NCBI GenBank assembly: GCA_050253415.1
Contig: JBFWJC010000007.1
Coordinates: 67,879-131,878 of the forward strand
Source of the DNA: Pedobacter sp.
Lineage (GTDB): Bacteria > Desulfobacterota > Desulfuromonadia > Desulfuromonadales > Syntrophotaleaceae
Direction of reading: 5' to 3'
Length of the DNA: 64,000 nt
A program made the position numbers and the translations under genes. Below, piece after piece: positions 10,071 to 20,972 of the stretch (positions are counted from its first letter, which is position 1; the number at the start of each line of letters is the position of its first letter). Under the pieces are notes generated by a model, which was not told the DNA's origin, made no database searches, and saw only the letters and a program-made list of their open reading frames with translations.

Positions 10071-10592
10071 TTATCCAATGTTTGACCCGAAGTTTTCGCC
10101 TTCAAGGGATAAAATACTCCCCCGAATGCCGGTTTCGTCAACCTCCAACAACCCCACACTTGGGGAATACCCACCGCGCGGACTGGTTGCACTGCCGGGA
10201 TTGAACAGCAACAGACCCTCATAACGACAACAATCGGGCAGATGAGAATGTCCATAGACGAGGCAGTCAAGGTCATCTGTAGCGAATTCTGCTGCCATGC
10301 GTGGACCGAGGCCTTCTGGAGGCCCCCAACCATGTATCAGCCCGATTCTATACACCTCCACCTCCAACACCTTGCGTGACGGAAAGCTTACACTCGGAGG
10401 ATCCATATTACCCCGCACGGCATGGATAATGCGCGGCTCAAAGATATACAACAGCTCCTGATCTACCAGGTCACCGGCATGCAGAATCATATCCACATGG
10501 CGAAATACCTTACGATCAAGCACCTCAAGAAAGCCGACATAATTGATGACATGGCGAATATGCGTATCTGAAATCACGCCAATCTTGAGCAT
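10071..10592 (-). CDS. YfcE-like metallophosphoesterase
   Basis: SDTH, HAGD, VRGNMD, HG, GHSH and NPGS motifs. Confidence 0.9.
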   Translation of the reverse strand: MLKIGVISDTHIRHVINYVGFLEVLDRKVFRHVDMILHAGDLVDQELLYIFEPRIIHAVRGNMDPPSVSFPSRKVLEVEVYRIGLIHGWGPPEGLGPRMAAEFATDDLDCLVYGHSHLPDCCRYEGLLLFNPGSATSPRGGYSPSVGLLEVDETGIRGSILSLEGENFGSNIG

Positions 10593-10942
10593 AGCATCAT
10601 AACCTTCATCGTCAGAAAGTGCCAAAACTCATATTGGCACCAGGACTGAAATGATAAGAACATGACCTTTTCTACAGCCTGAATTGAAGGCTGTCAATCC
10701 CAATGCGGGTATGGAGCATAGGTAAAAGCCATATCTACCCGAGACCGCAACCCACTTGAGCATACACCGAGTCAAGGAAAATGGGACATCGTATTTTCCC
10801 CCTCACCTCTTTTTTTTTCAACTCTTTGCTGGTATAGTTGGCAGGCCATTTTCAATGGCGCTCATCTGATTTCTACCCACTTATATGTTGCCGCTGATCA
10901 GAGGCCTTACCCCCTGTATCAGCATGAAGGAGCCATTGACCA

Positions 10943-12334
10943 ATGCAATACATGAGCACTCGCGGCAAGACAAGCGGATTAACTTTCAAGGATGCTGTCA
11001 TGATGGGCCTGGCCGACGACGGCGGCCTATTGTTGCCCGAATCTATTCCGACCCTCTCCCGGGGCGATATCGCCGCACTTTCCAAAATGGCCTATCCGGA
11101 ACTGGCGTTTCGCATCATCTCCCTGTTTTCCGGGAATATCCCCGCAGGGGATTTAAAACACCTCATCGATAAATCCTACCAGACCTTTAATCATCCGGAA
11201 GTAACTCCGGTCGTGCATAAGGACGGAATCTATATCCTTGAGCTATTTCATGGCCCGACTTTGGCTTTTAAAGATGTCGCTTTGCAGTTTCTGGGCAACA
11301 TGTTCGAATATCTGCTTAAAGAAAGCGGCGCCCACATGAATATTCTTGGCGCAACCTCCGGCGACACCGGAAGTGCCGCCATTTACGGTGTACGCGGTAA
11401 GGAGAATATCAATATATTCATTCTTCACCCAGACCAGAGGGTTTCACCGATACAAAAACTGCAGATGACCACGGTGACGGATCCAAACGTCTTCAATCTG
11501 GCCATACGTGGAACGTTTGACGACGGGCAACGTATCGTCAAGGAGATTTTCGGAGATCTTGAGTATAAAGGAAAAATGTCCCTTGGCGCCGTTAATTCCA
11601 TCAACTGGGCCCGGGTCCTCGCACAAGTGGTCTATTATTTTTACGCATTTGGACGAGTCCAGCGTGAAACCAACTGCACCGAAGCCTATTTTTCGGTACC
11701 TACCGGTAATTTTGGGGATATTTTTGCCGGCTATGTTGCCAAACGCATGGGGTTGCCAATCCGTCGCTTGATTCTTGCCACCAACGAAAATGACATTCTT
11801 TCACGGTTTATTACCCATGGTGACTATTCAACAGCAAACGTTGTACCGACCCCATCTCCATCCATGGACATCCAATTGGCAAGCAACTTCGAACGGTACC
11901 TTTTCTACCTTTTCGATCAGGACGCCAGCAAGGTTAGCAAAACCATGGAGGAGCTTGCAGCTACAGGACAACTGAAGTTTGGCCCCGAAGATATGAACCG
12001 TGTCGCTAAAGACTTTCTTGCAGGCTCTGCAACCCGGCAGGAAACCCTCGACACGATCAGCGCTTTTCACAAAGCTACCGGCTATACCCTTGATCCGCAC
12101 ACGGCTGTCGGGGTTAAAGTTGGCAAGGAACTGACCGGCGGAGAATGCCCGCTTATTTGCCTGGCAACCGCCCATCCGGCAAAATTCGGTGAAGCGGTAC
12201 AACAGGCTATCGGTCAGGACCCCATCTTACCGCGCGAATTCCAGGGTATTGAAAACAAAGAACAACGATGCGAAATCATCGATGCCGATACCCAGGCAAT
12301 CAAAGACTACCTGGCAAAACACGCGCTGCTGTAG
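10943..12334 (+). CDS. thrC: Threonine synthase
   Basis: YMSTRG, ELFHGPTLAFKD, ATSGDTG, NSINWAR, VPTGNFG. Confidence 0.97.
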   Translation: MQYMSTRGKTSGLTFKDAVMMGLADDGGLLLPESIPTLSRGDIAALSKMAYPELAFRIISLFSGNIPAGDLKHLIDKSYQTFNHPEVTPVVHKDGIYILELFHGPTLAFKDVALQFLGNMFEYLLKESGAHMNILGATSGDTGSAAIYGVRGKENINIFILHPDQRVSPIQKLQMTTVTDPNVFNLAIRGTFDDGQRIVKEIFGDLEYKGKMSLGAVNSINWARVLAQVVYYFYAFGRVQRETNCTEAYFSVPTGNFGDIFAGYVAKRMGLPIRRLILATNENDILSRFITHGDYSTANVVPTPSPSMDIQLASNFERYLFYLFDQDASKVSKTMEELAATGQLKFGPEDMNRVAKDFLAGSATRQETLDTISAFHKATGYTLDPHTAVGVKVGKELTGGECPLICLATAHPAKFGEAVQQAIGQDPILPREFQGIENKEQRCEIIDADTQAIKDYLAKHALL

Positions 12335-12351
12335 TTTTGACCTCCATACAA

Positions 12352-12393
12352 AACAAAAGGCCCCCAGCGCTTGTCGTTGGGGGCCTTTTTGTT
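12352..12393 (+). terminator. thrC intrinsic terminator
   Basis: AAAAGGCCCCCAGCG-CTTGT-CGTTGGGGGCCTTTTT. Confidence 0.8.
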
Positions 12394-12450
12394 ATCGAAA
12401 TACGTGGAACAAGTGATTCGTGATTGGTGAATAGTTGGAAACCGAAAAAG

Positions 12451-12632
12451 CAGTCACCAAGCACCAGTCACCAAGCACCAGTCACCAGTCACCAGTCACC
12501 AGTCACCAGTCACCAGTCACCAGTCACCAGTCACCAGTCACCAGTCACCAGTCACCAGTCACCAGTCACCAGTCACCAGTCACCAGTCACCAGTCACCAG
12601 CCACCAGCCACCAGTCACCAGTCACCAGTCAC
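12451..12632. repeat. Heptamer tandem repeat (CAGTCAC) x26 with a few variant units
   Basis: 182 bp equals 26 units. Variants CAAGCAC and CAGCCAC. Preceded by GTGATTCGTGATTGGTGA. Confidence 0.95.
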
Positions 12633-12665
12633 AAAAAAAGCCCCCGGCATTGCCGGGGGCTTTTT
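12633..12665 (-). terminator. glnA (bidirectional) intrinsic terminator
   Basis: AAAAAAAGCCCCCGGC-ATT-GCCGGGGGCTTTTT. Confidence 0.85.
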
Positions 12666-12683
12666 AATGGATCACTTAAAAAC

Positions 12684-14093
12684 TTAGCAGTCGTAGTACA
12701 GAGCGAATTCGAGGGGAACCGGACGCATGCGAACGGGATCCACTTCGGCTTCGGTCTTGTACTCGATCCACTTTTCAATAACGTCTTCAGTAAAGACATC
12801 ACCTTTAAGCAGGAAGGCATGATCTTCTTTGAGAGCTTCAAGAGCCTCAATCAAGCTGCCGGCAACGCTGGGGATAGTTGCCAGTTCTTCGGGGGGAAGA
12901 CCGTAGATGTCTTTATCCAAAGGCTCGCCCGGATCAATCTTGTTTTCGATACCGTCAAGTCCAGCCATCAGGATAGCTGAGAAGCACAGGTAGCCGTTAG
13001 CCGAGGGATCAGGCGTACGGTATTCAACGCGCTTGGCTTTGGGGCTGTTACCCTGGGGGATACGCAGTGCAGCAGAACGGTTACGACCCGAATAAGCCAG
13101 GTTAACCGGCGCTTCGTAACCGGGCACCAGACGCTTGTAGGAGTTAGTGCTGGGGTTGGTGAAAGCGCACAGAGCTTTGGCATGCTTGATGATACCGCCG
13201 ATGAAGTACAGAGCGGTCTTGGACAAACCGGCATAGCCGTCGCCAGCAAAGGTGTTAACGCCGTCTTTCCAGATGGAAACGTGACAGTGCATCCCGCTTC
13301 CGTTATCACCGAAGAGAGGCTTCGGCATAAAGGTTACGGTTTTGCCATTGCGAACCGCAACGTTCTTGATAACGTATTTGAACCACTGCAGAGTATCGCC
13401 TGCGTTGAGAAGGGTATCAAATTTAAAGTCGATCTCACACTGGCCGCCGGTAGCAACTTCATGGTGTTGAGCTTCGATGTGAATGCCAACTTCCTGGCAA
13501 ACCTGAACCATCTCGTTACGCAGATCCACCAGGGAGTCGGTGGGAGCGCAAGGGAAGTAACCTTCCTTGTGACGGGGTTTGTAACCGAGGTTGGGGAACT
13601 CTTCACGGCCGGTGTTCCAGATACCTTCGCTGGAATCAACGCTGTAAAAAGACTCATTACAGGTGGAGCTGTAACGAACATCATCAAAGATGAAGAATTC
13701 AGGCTCAGGACCGTAGAAAGCGGTGTCGCCGATACCGGTGGACTTAAGGTAGGCTTCAGCCTTTTGAGCAATGAAGCGGGGGTCGCGGCTGTAACCTTCT
13801 TTGGTAATGGGATCATAAATGTTACAGATCAGGCTCAGGGTCGGAACCTTGATAAAAGGATCGAGTCTGGCGCTGTTGGGGTCAGGAATAATGGCCATGT
13901 CGCTGTTGTGAATGGGCTGCCAGCCACGAATGGAGGAACCGTCAAAGCCAAGACCTTCTTCGAAAGTATCTTCACTGAATTCACAAATAGGTACGGAAAC
14001 ATGCTGCCAGATACCAACGAAGTCGAGGAACTTGTAATCCACCATCTGGATATTCTTTTCCTTGACAAACTCCATTACCTCTTTAGGTGTCAT
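12684..14093 (-). CDS. glnA: Glutamine synthetase type I
   Basis: [47 protein letters not shown], and adenylylation-site region DKDIY. Confidence 0.98.
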   Translation of the reverse strand: MTPKEVMEFVKEKNIQMVDYKFLDFVGIWQHVSVPICEFSEDTFEEGLGFDGSSIRGWQPIHNSDMAIIPDPNSARLDPFIKVPTLSLICNIYDPITKEGYSRDPRFIAQKAEAYLKSTGIGDTAFYGPEPEFFIFDDVRYSSTCNESFYSVDSSEGIWNTGREEFPNLGYKPRHKEGYFPCAPTDSLVDLRNEMVQVCQEVGIHIEAQHHEVATGGQCEIDFKFDTLLNAGDTLQWFKYVIKNVAVRNGKTVTFMPKPLFGDNGSGMHCHVSIWKDGVNTFAGDGYAGLSKTALYFIGGIIKHAKALCAFTNPSTNSYKRLVPGYEAPVNLAYSGRNRSAALRIPQGNSPKAKRVEYRTPDPSANGYLCFSAILMAGLDGIENKIDPGEPLDKDIYGLPPEELATIPSVAGSLIEALEALKEDHAFLLKGDVFTEDVIEKWIEYKTEAEVDPVRMRPVPLEFALYYDC

Positions 14094-14161
14094 TGCGATT
14101 ACTCCTTTTGACTAACCTCGGTTGAAATGATAGTAAACGTAAGATTCGGCAAATAGCCGGC

Positions 14162-14566
<405 letters not shown>

Positions 14567-14634
14567 CTAAACAATGCCGGTCACCAAAATAGATAACTGG
14601 TAGCGGTTTTCTACTTCCTTCGGCCGCATTAACA

Positions 14635-14651
14635 AGCAAATTAATTGCCAA
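14635..14651 (-). promoter_or_regulatory. Sigma54 (-24/-12) promoter of glnB-glnA
   Basis: Minus strand reads TTGGCAATTAATTTGCT, matching TGGCA-N6-TTGC. Confidence 0.85.
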
Positions 14652-14758
14652 CACCACGTAGAGAATACAATGTTTTTATAACTATCTATTTTTAAAAATA
14701 TTTTCCATGCAAAACCAACAACGATCATGCACCTTACTTTAGTTGACTATACAATGAC

Positions 14759-14807
14759 TGCTTATTTTATAAACACAAACGAGAAGAAAGTGTTTATATT
14801 TTAAGCA
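14759..14807. promoter_or_regulatory. Tandem enhancer sites for an NtrC-like activator
   Basis: Two 17-bp palindromes, TGCTTATTTTATAAACA (14759-14775) and TGTTTATATTTTAAGCA (14791-14807), 32 bp apart, 110-155 bp upstream of the sigma54 site. Confidence 0.65.
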
Positions 14808-14855
14808 CGGATGAAGTTCAACACTTCAGCTATTATTTATTCAAACACCAAAGAT

Positions 14856-15374
14856 TTAGCCCTGGGACCAGCGGCAGTACAACGCCCACTCTTCCTCGAA
14901 ATTAGGAGTAAAAAAACCCTGTCCCAGGCGCTCACCAATCTCATCTGCGGAAAAAAAACGTACAGCATCTATTTCACAGGGATCAAAACTAATTTCGCCA
15001 TCATAGCGAATCAAAAAGGTCGCAATGTTCTCGGATTCGAAGTCGTTACGAATCCGCGAGTGATACAGAAATTCAATGGGAACATTACTAATTCCCAACT
15101 CTTCCCGCATCTCCCTCAGAGCGGCCGCATGATATCCCTCCCCCGGGTCAAGGTGACCACCGACACTCGTATCCCAACGCCCCGGTTGAACATCCTTGGT
15201 CATGGAACGCTTTTGCAGCAAAATTTGATCATCCCGATTAACAACGAGAACATGGGCAACGCGATGAATCAGTTCGGGGTTACCATGGCACTCTCTGCGC
15301 AGAGCCGTACCAACAAACCGATCCTGATCGTCCACGATTTCAAACCACTCTTCGCCAGACATCCCTTTTGCCAT
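14856..15374 (-). CDS. NUDIX hydrolase (IPP isomerase/YfcD-like)
   Basis: HRVAHV, LLQKRS..KD..PGRWD.SVGGH..GE....AA.RE..EELG. Confidence 0.9.
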   Translation of the reverse strand: MAKGMSGEEWFEIVDDQDRFVGTALRRECHGNPELIHRVAHVLVVNRDDQILLQKRSMTKDVQPGRWDTSVGGHLDPGEGYHAAALREMREELGISNVPIEFLYHSRIRNDFESENIATFLIRYDGEISFDPCEIDAVRFFSADEIGERLGQGFFTPNFEEEWALYCRWSQG

Positions 15375-15898
15375 TATTTCCGGTCGAAAAAAGGACTTTT
15401 ACCCGTTATCGAAAGAGGCAGTCCAAATGCCAGAGCAGCATCCTCTCCCAACATTCCCAGTTCCAGGGCGGCTTTACCGGCCGTATACAGGATGCGATTA
15501 TCAATACGCAGATCAGCAGCGCGACTCACAGCGGAACCGAGGGCAATACCGAGATCCCCACTGTTGAAGGCGCACACGGCCCCGGCCTTTTGTAACTCAC
15601 CGCAATTACTAAAACCACAAAAACCACAATGGGGTAATCCGAGGGGCTTCTTGCTGGTGGCAAAAAGGATAATAAGTTGCGCCTGGCGAACATTTTCGGC
15701 ATCGCGGGCAAAAAACGCAACACCATCACGTTCAGCAATAAGATGCATGCGTTCGACCAGACTATCCTTTTCATCACCATCAACGATGGCAGTGGTCATC
15801 AAATCAAGACCGCGACCTTTTGGTGCTGTACGCGCAGCTGCACAGATCATACGCGCAAAATCAAGCAACCCGTTTTTCTCATCATTGATAAGAAGCAT
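15374..15898 (-). CDS. DUF2148 family ferredoxin-domain protein
   Basis: AARTAPKGRG, CGFCGF..C, DLGIALGSA, DNRI, GKSPFFDR. Confidence 0.8.
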   Translation of the reverse strand: MLLINDEKNGLLDFARMICAAARTAPKGRGLDLMTTAIVDGDEKDSLVERMHLIAERDGVAFFARDAENVRQAQLIILFATSKKPLGLPHCGFCGFSNCGELQKAGAVCAFNSGDLGIALGSAVSRAADLRIDNRILYTAGKAALELGMLGEDAALAFGLPLSITGKSPFFDRK

Positions 15899-16238
15899 CG
15901 TCGATCCTCAGACCAGCTTTGTTTATACAGAGAACTTTTTGAACCCGATATTATGCAGGTTGTTAAAATACACCCCAAAGATCGTGAATGAAAGAAGAAA
16001 AATACGCGATTACTGAGAGTGCTTCGATTTTCTTCTTAAATGCGACGGCTAAACGTACCCCGGATAACGCTTGTATTACCAAACCAGGAGACCTTAACGT
16101 CATGAAACTTTTCCCACACCAGGTAAAAATTCACCTATTCAGTGATTGAAACCGCCGATATCCTACACGGACATTTTCTGCTGTCAAGATATTCTTTGTC
16201 CCTGATTAACTATGCCACACCTCGATACCCTCCCCACT

Positions 16239-17570
16239 TTACGGCATCGGCATCTCTCCACGACAGGAGATCAACTGGCAAACCTTCGCAGCCAATGACC
16301 CCGGCGCAGTCTCAATGAATTCATACGATACCTGCATGATGGGCTTTTCGATATGCAGCAACCTCCCTAAATCGACTGGAGTGGCTGATAAAATAAGGTC
16401 GCATGGCACATCATTCAAGGTACGCTTGAGATCATTCAACTGAGATTTGGAATAGCCCATGGCCGGCACGATAAAGTCGATATGCGGATAATCGGTATAG
16501 ACCTGCGCCAAACTGCCAGCAGCATAAGGCCGAGGATCAACTATCTCGGCGGCTCCAAAACGCCGGGCAGCAACAACTCCCGCCCCAAAGGCCATATCTC
16601 CATGCGTCACGGTCGGCCCATCCTCCACGACCAGCACACGTTGACCGGCTACAGCAAGAGGCTTTTCCACCGTTACGTCGAGGTCGCCCTGAATAATCTG
16701 CGTGCCCGGAACCGTTTGTTGGAGATTTTGCCGGACAAGCCGGAGATTTTCGTCGGGCACCCCGGATAACTTGCTGATAATAATGACATGAGATCGCAGT
16801 AAATTGACATAGCCCGGATAATAAGATAATTCATCGCCGGCGCGCAGCGGATCAACCAGCACAATTTCCAGATCGGGCCTGAAAAACGGCGTATCGTTGT
16901 TGCCTCCATCCCAGATCAGGATATCCCCTGTTTTTTCAGCCATAGCCAAAACCGCTTCATAATCAACCCCGGCGAACAAAGGAATGCCCAGGCGCAGCAG
17001 CGGTTCGTATTCCTCGCGTTCTTCCAGAGTTGATCCGTACCGATCAAGATCCTGCAAATTCAAAAAACACTGTACCGCGTGTTCTTCAAGCTGACCGTAA
17101 GCCATAGGGTGTCGCACAACCACCGGCTTGCGGCCCTCTTTGAGCAATGCCTGACAAATATACCGTGTAACGGCACTCTTGCCACAACCGGTGCGCACCG
17201 CACATACAGAAACTACGGGCAATGCCGCCTTGAGCATCGTCCGCTCCGAACCAACAAGATGAAAATCACACCCTGTAGCTAAAACCCGGGATGCCAGATC
17301 CATAATTCTGCTGTGGGATATGTCACTGTAGGAGAAAACCGCTGCATCGATCTTGAGTCGACGCACCATCTCATCCAGACCGTTATCGTCAACAATCGGT
17401 ATGCCTTCGGGGTACAGGGGCCCTGCCAGACAAGGCGGATATCTACGCCCCACCTGAAAAGGGATCTGCGAGGCCGTAAAGGCAACCACCTCCACATCCC
17501 TGCGGTGGCGATATAACAGATTGAAGTTATGAAAATCGCGCCCGCCTGCTCCCAGGATCAATACTCGCAT
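16239..17570 (-). CDS. P-loop protein, cyclic 2,3-diphosphoglycerate synthetase-like/GTPase
   Basis: GAGGRDFHNFN, AVRTGCGKS, RHPM.YG, EEREEYE, WDGGNND, EDGPT.THG. Confidence 0.8.
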   Translation of the reverse strand: MRVLILGAGGRDFHNFNLLYRHRRDVEVVAFTASQIPFQVGRRYPPCLAGPLYPEGIPIVDDNGLDEMVRRLKIDAAVFSYSDISHSRIMDLASRVLATGCDFHLVGSERTMLKAALPVVSVCAVRTGCGKSAVTRYICQALLKEGRKPVVVRHPMAYGQLEEHAVQCFLNLQDLDRYGSTLEEREEYEPLLRLGIPLFAGVDYEAVLAMAEKTGDILIWDGGNNDTPFFRPDLEIVLVDPLRAGDELSYYPGYVNLLRSHVIIISKLSGVPDENLRLVRQNLQQTVPGTQIIQGDLDVTVEKPLAVAGQRVLVVEDGPTVTHGDMAFGAGVVAARRFGAAEIVDPRPYAAGSLAQVYTDYPHIDFIVPAMGYSKSQLNDLKRTLNDVPCDLILSATPVDLGRLLHIEKPIMQVSYEFIETAPGSLAAKVCQLISCRGEMPMP

Positions 17571-17588
17571 AAGCCCCCTTCATCACAT

Positions 17589-19079
17589 TCAGGACATATC
17601 TATCTGGGCCCTCTGCAACTTCCCGCTGAAATCGCGATATACCACTTTGATCCGTGAAAAAAAGTCGATGGCTCCCATGCGCCCGCCGGCTTCCGGATGA
17701 CCGGAACCCGAATGTTTGAAACCTCCGAAAGGCAGTTGAATCTCGGCACCGATAGTACTGGCATTGATATAGACCAACCCTGTATCAATGTCTCTTTCTG
17801 CGCGCGCAGCGAGATTGATATCGCGCGTATAAATGGCAGCGGAAAGCCCAAAACGACTCTGGTTGATCATCGCCACGCCCTGATCGTAGGAAGCGCACTT
17901 CATAACGGCCACCACAGGTCCGAAAATTTCCTCCCGGGCAATACGCATAGTCGGCTTAACCTCCGAAAAAACCGTAGGCTCGACAAAAAATCCTTCTCCC
18001 AGCGAGCCTTGCTCCGCCTGTTTGCCGCCACAGTGTAAGTGCGCCCCTTCATCCTGCCCGATGCGTATGTAGTTCAAAACCTTGCTTACCGCCCGGCGGT
18101 TTATCAAAGGGCCGACATCGGTATCTTTTCCAAGGCCATTACCCAGGCGCAATGCCTTGGCAGCTTTTACCAGGCGTTCAAGAAAATCATCATAAACCTG
18201 TTCATGCACAATGATGCGACTCGAGGCGGTACATCGCTGGCCGGTCGTACCGAAAGCCCCCCACAAAACCCCCTCAAGAGCCAAATCGAGATCGGCATCC
18301 TCCATAATCAGGATGGCATTTTTCCCCCCCATTTCCATGGCAATCGGACGGTGCAATTCCGCAACGCTACATGCCATGGCTTCGCCGACCGAGCAGGATC
18401 CGGTAAAAGAGACGCCCTGAACATCCGGATGCTTTACAAGTTCGGCCCCAACCGTTTCACCTGATCCCGTAATAACATTCAACACTCCGGCCGGCAAACC
18501 GGCCTCCTGCAGGACCTCTGCAAAACGCACAGCACATAGGGGAGCATCGGAAGAAGGCTTGAGAACGACCGTGTTACCGCAAATAAGCGAAGCAAAAATT
18601 TTCCAGGAAGGGATGGCTATGGGGAAATTCCAGGGCGTAATAAGAGCAAATACCCCCCACGGGACCCGTATCGACTTGGCATCCTTGTTCGGCAACTCGC
18701 AGGGGACAGTCTCCCCCTGTAACCGCCGTCCTTCACCGGCCATGAAATATCCCATGTCGATAGCTTCTTGTACATCGCCCAAACCTTCAGCCAGCACCTT
18801 GCCCATCTCAAGCGTTACCAACCGACCAAGCTCGTCCTTGCGACGGGTAAGAATTTCCGCAGCACGAAACAGTATCTCGCCACGCTTCGGCGCTGGCATG
18901 TCTCGCCAACCGGGAAAGGCTTGCTTGGCTGCCGCTACCGCAAGATCAACATCGACTTTGCCACTTAACGGATAACGAGCGACAACCTCGATATCATGAG
19001 CCGGATTTACACTTTGTCCATAATCGCCAGTCGATGGAGGAACCCATTGACCGCCAATCAAATTTTGAATTGTGGTCAT
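17589..19079 (-). CDS. NAD-dependent aldehyde dehydrogenase
   Basis: ITPWNFP, FTGS, EMGGKN, GQRCTA, EEIFGPV, PFGG.K.SG. Confidence 0.95.
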   Translation of the reverse strand: MTTIQNLIGGQWVPPSTGDYGQSVNPAHDIEVVARYPLSGKVDVDLAVAAAKQAFPGWRDMPAPKRGEILFRAAEILTRRKDELGRLVTLEMGKVLAEGLGDVQEAIDMGYFMAGEGRRLQGETVPCELPNKDAKSIRVPWGVFALITPWNFPIAIPSWKIFASLICGNTVVLKPSSDAPLCAVRFAEVLQEAGLPAGVLNVITGSGETVGAELVKHPDVQGVSFTGSCSVGEAMACSVAELHRPIAMEMGGKNAILIMEDADLDLALEGVLWGAFGTTGQRCTASSRIIVHEQVYDDFLERLVKAAKALRLGNGLGKDTDVGPLINRRAVSKVLNYIRIGQDEGAHLHCGGKQAEQGSLGEGFFVEPTVFSEVKPTMRIAREEIFGPVVAVMKCASYDQGVAMINQSRFGLSAAIYTRDINLAARAERDIDTGLVYINASTIGAEIQLPFGGFKHSGSGHPEAGGRMGAIDFFSRIKVVYRDFSGKLQRAQIDMS

Positions 19080-19520
19080 AATGAAAACTCCTGCTTAGTG
19101 GTGTCATTGGATAAAACTGGATATTTACAGTTCTTCTTACGGCCATATCCACTGCGATAAACACGATGATTGATGGGCAACCGAAACAATACTCACCTTC
19201 GACCACATTGTTTCCCCATATAAAAAGAAGCCATTTTCAGAGACGAGAAGGCCTTGTCATCGCAGCCCGCTGATCAAAACAACATGCTTGAAACAATCTG
19301 TTTCAGCCGCCGGGGATACACCGAACGCTTACCGTCCCAAGGATCGAAATTAGCTTTACCTTCAGCTTATCAGATGCCCCACCCCTTTCAAGACAGGGCC
19401 ATCAAACCTGGAAAGACCAAAACACCTTGAACGCCTCGGTTATTTAGGGCACTATAGTGAAGCTACAAAGATCCCTATCCATTTTTGCGCCGTCTGCGCC
19501 CTTTGTTTTGAGGAGCCTCT

Positions 19521-20312
19521 ATGGCCATAATCCATCCAACCGCAATTGTCGATTCATCCGTCAACCTGGCTGAAGATGTCGAGGTCGGTCCCAACGTCTT
19601 TATTGACGCCGATGTTTCCATCGGGTCAGGTACTCGCCTTATGCATGGAGCCCATGTCGCTCGTTGGACCACGTTGGGCAAAGGCAATCAGGTTTTCCCC
19701 TACGCCGTCATTGGACAGGCCCCGCAGGATATAGGATACCGGGGGGAAGAAGCGCACACAGTGATTGGCGACAACAATATTTTCCGTGAAGGCGTCACGG
19801 TACATCGAGGTAATCGCCAGAACACCTCAACCATCATCGGCCACAACAATTTTTTCATGGTGAACAGCCACATTGCCCATAATTGTCGTATCGGCGATCA
19901 CGTTATTCTGGTTAACGGAGCCTTGTTAGCCGGCCATGTCGAAGTCGGTAACCGTGCCATCATATCCGGGAACTGTCAGGTGCATCAGTTTGTGCGTATC
20001 GGCGAACTGGCTATGATGCGTGGTGGTTCTGGTGCCACAAAAGACGTCCCGCCATTCTGCATCAACGATGAGATGAGCTGGATTCGTGCTGTTAACCTTG
20101 TCGGCATGCGCCGTAGCGGGCTTGAATCCAAACGCATTCTTGCTGTCAAAAGAGCGTTCAAGTCTATTTTCCGTTCCGACAAACGCCTCGAAGACGTACT
20201 CAACGAATTGGATACAGCCCCAGAGACAACTCCTGAAGTACGCTTGATGATAGATTTCATCCGTTCCTCCAAACGTGGTATCGGATGTGGACGTAACAAA
20301 TCCATGGATTGA
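19521..20312 (+). CDS. lpxA: Acyl-ACP--UDP-N-acetylglucosamine O-acyltransferase
   Basis: IHPTAIV, hexapeptide repeats, PQD..Y.GE, HIAHNC, VHQFVRIG, KDVPPF. Confidence 0.9.
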   Translation: MAIIHPTAIVDSSVNLAEDVEVGPNVFIDADVSIGSGTRLMHGAHVARWTTLGKGNQVFPYAVIGQAPQDIGYRGEEAHTVIGDNNIFREGVTVHRGNRQNTSTIIGHNNFFMVNSHIAHNCRIGDHVILVNGALLAGHVEVGNRAIISGNCQVHQFVRIGELAMMRGGSGATKDVPPFCINDEMSWIRAVNLVGMRRSGLESKRILAVKRAFKSIFRSDKRLEDVLNELDTAPETTPEVRLMIDFIRSSKRGIGCGRNKSMD

Positions 20313-20403
20313 CTTCCCAGAGTCATCAGGATCTAAATTCACTCATATAAATACCGGAGGGGGCACCTTTCAAAAACCTTTCCCCGGATAGCTTTCACTG
20401 TAC

Positions 20404-20446
20404 AAAAAAAGGGATAGCAAAAGCGGTATGCTTTGCTATCCCTTTT
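20404..20446. terminator. Bidirectional terminator between lpxA and the DUF1456 gene
   Basis: AAAAAAAGGGATAGCAAA...TTTGCTATCCCTTTT. Confidence 0.75.
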
Positions 20447-20510
20447 ATGATTCAATCCTTCACCATACTAGATTGTTGCTGGCTACAGAATAAAGCTAAA
20501 ACCCAACAAT

Positions 20511-20972
20511 TCACTCCGGCCGATATTTTAACTGTAATCCTTGAAGGAAGTTGCGCAAAATTTGATCCTGGCAATCGCGGTAATGCCTGTGATCCGACTT
20601 TCTGAAAAATGCACTTAACTCACTTTTACTTATACGAAAATTGGCCAAAGCCATAACTTCAATAATATCTTCGGCTTTGAGATTTAATGCTATTTTCAAT
20701 TTCATAAAAATTATATTGTTTGTTAAACGTTTTTCCGGTTCGGGCTTGGAACCTTCTTTTTTACCGCGCCTATCGATAATCAAGCCATTCAAAAAAATCG
20801 CCAACTGAGTATCGTTGCACTTTTTATACGCAGGGTCATCCTCTTTTTTCAACCAATCGCTGATCTGTTCCCGCGTTACGGCATAATCAGCCACGCCGAA
20901 TATTTCCACCATTTTCGCATCGCTATAGTCGAAAACATAGCGCACACGCCGCAAGATATCGTTATTTGTCAT
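20511..20972 (-). CDS. DUF1456 (YehS-like) protein
   Basis: MTNNDILRR.RY, FLNGLI..RRG, NNIIF.KLKIAL, ELSAFFRK..HRHYR.C.DQ.LRNFL.GL. Confidence 0.85.
   Translation of the reverse strand: MTNNDILRRVRYVFDYSDAKMVEIFGVADYAVTREQISDWLKKEDDPAYKKCNDTQLAIFLNGLIIDRRGKKEGSKPEPEKRLTNNIIFMKLKIALNLKAEDIIEVMALANFRISKSELSAFFRKSDHRHYRDCQDQILRNFLQGLQLKYRPE

Noticed and set aside
12451..12632. CRISPR array
   Set aside because: Contiguous 7-bp units with no spacers, and no cas genes in the window.
12424..12980. ORFs encoding (SHQSPVT)n
   Set aside because: They are translations of the heptamer repeat, lie between two terminators and are partly antisense to glnA.
19290..19370. c-di-GMP/cGAMP (GEMM) riboswitch or 6S RNA
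   Set aside because: Only fragmentary resemblance (minus strand GGTAAA...GGGACGGTAAGC). The required stems and tetraloop could not be built.
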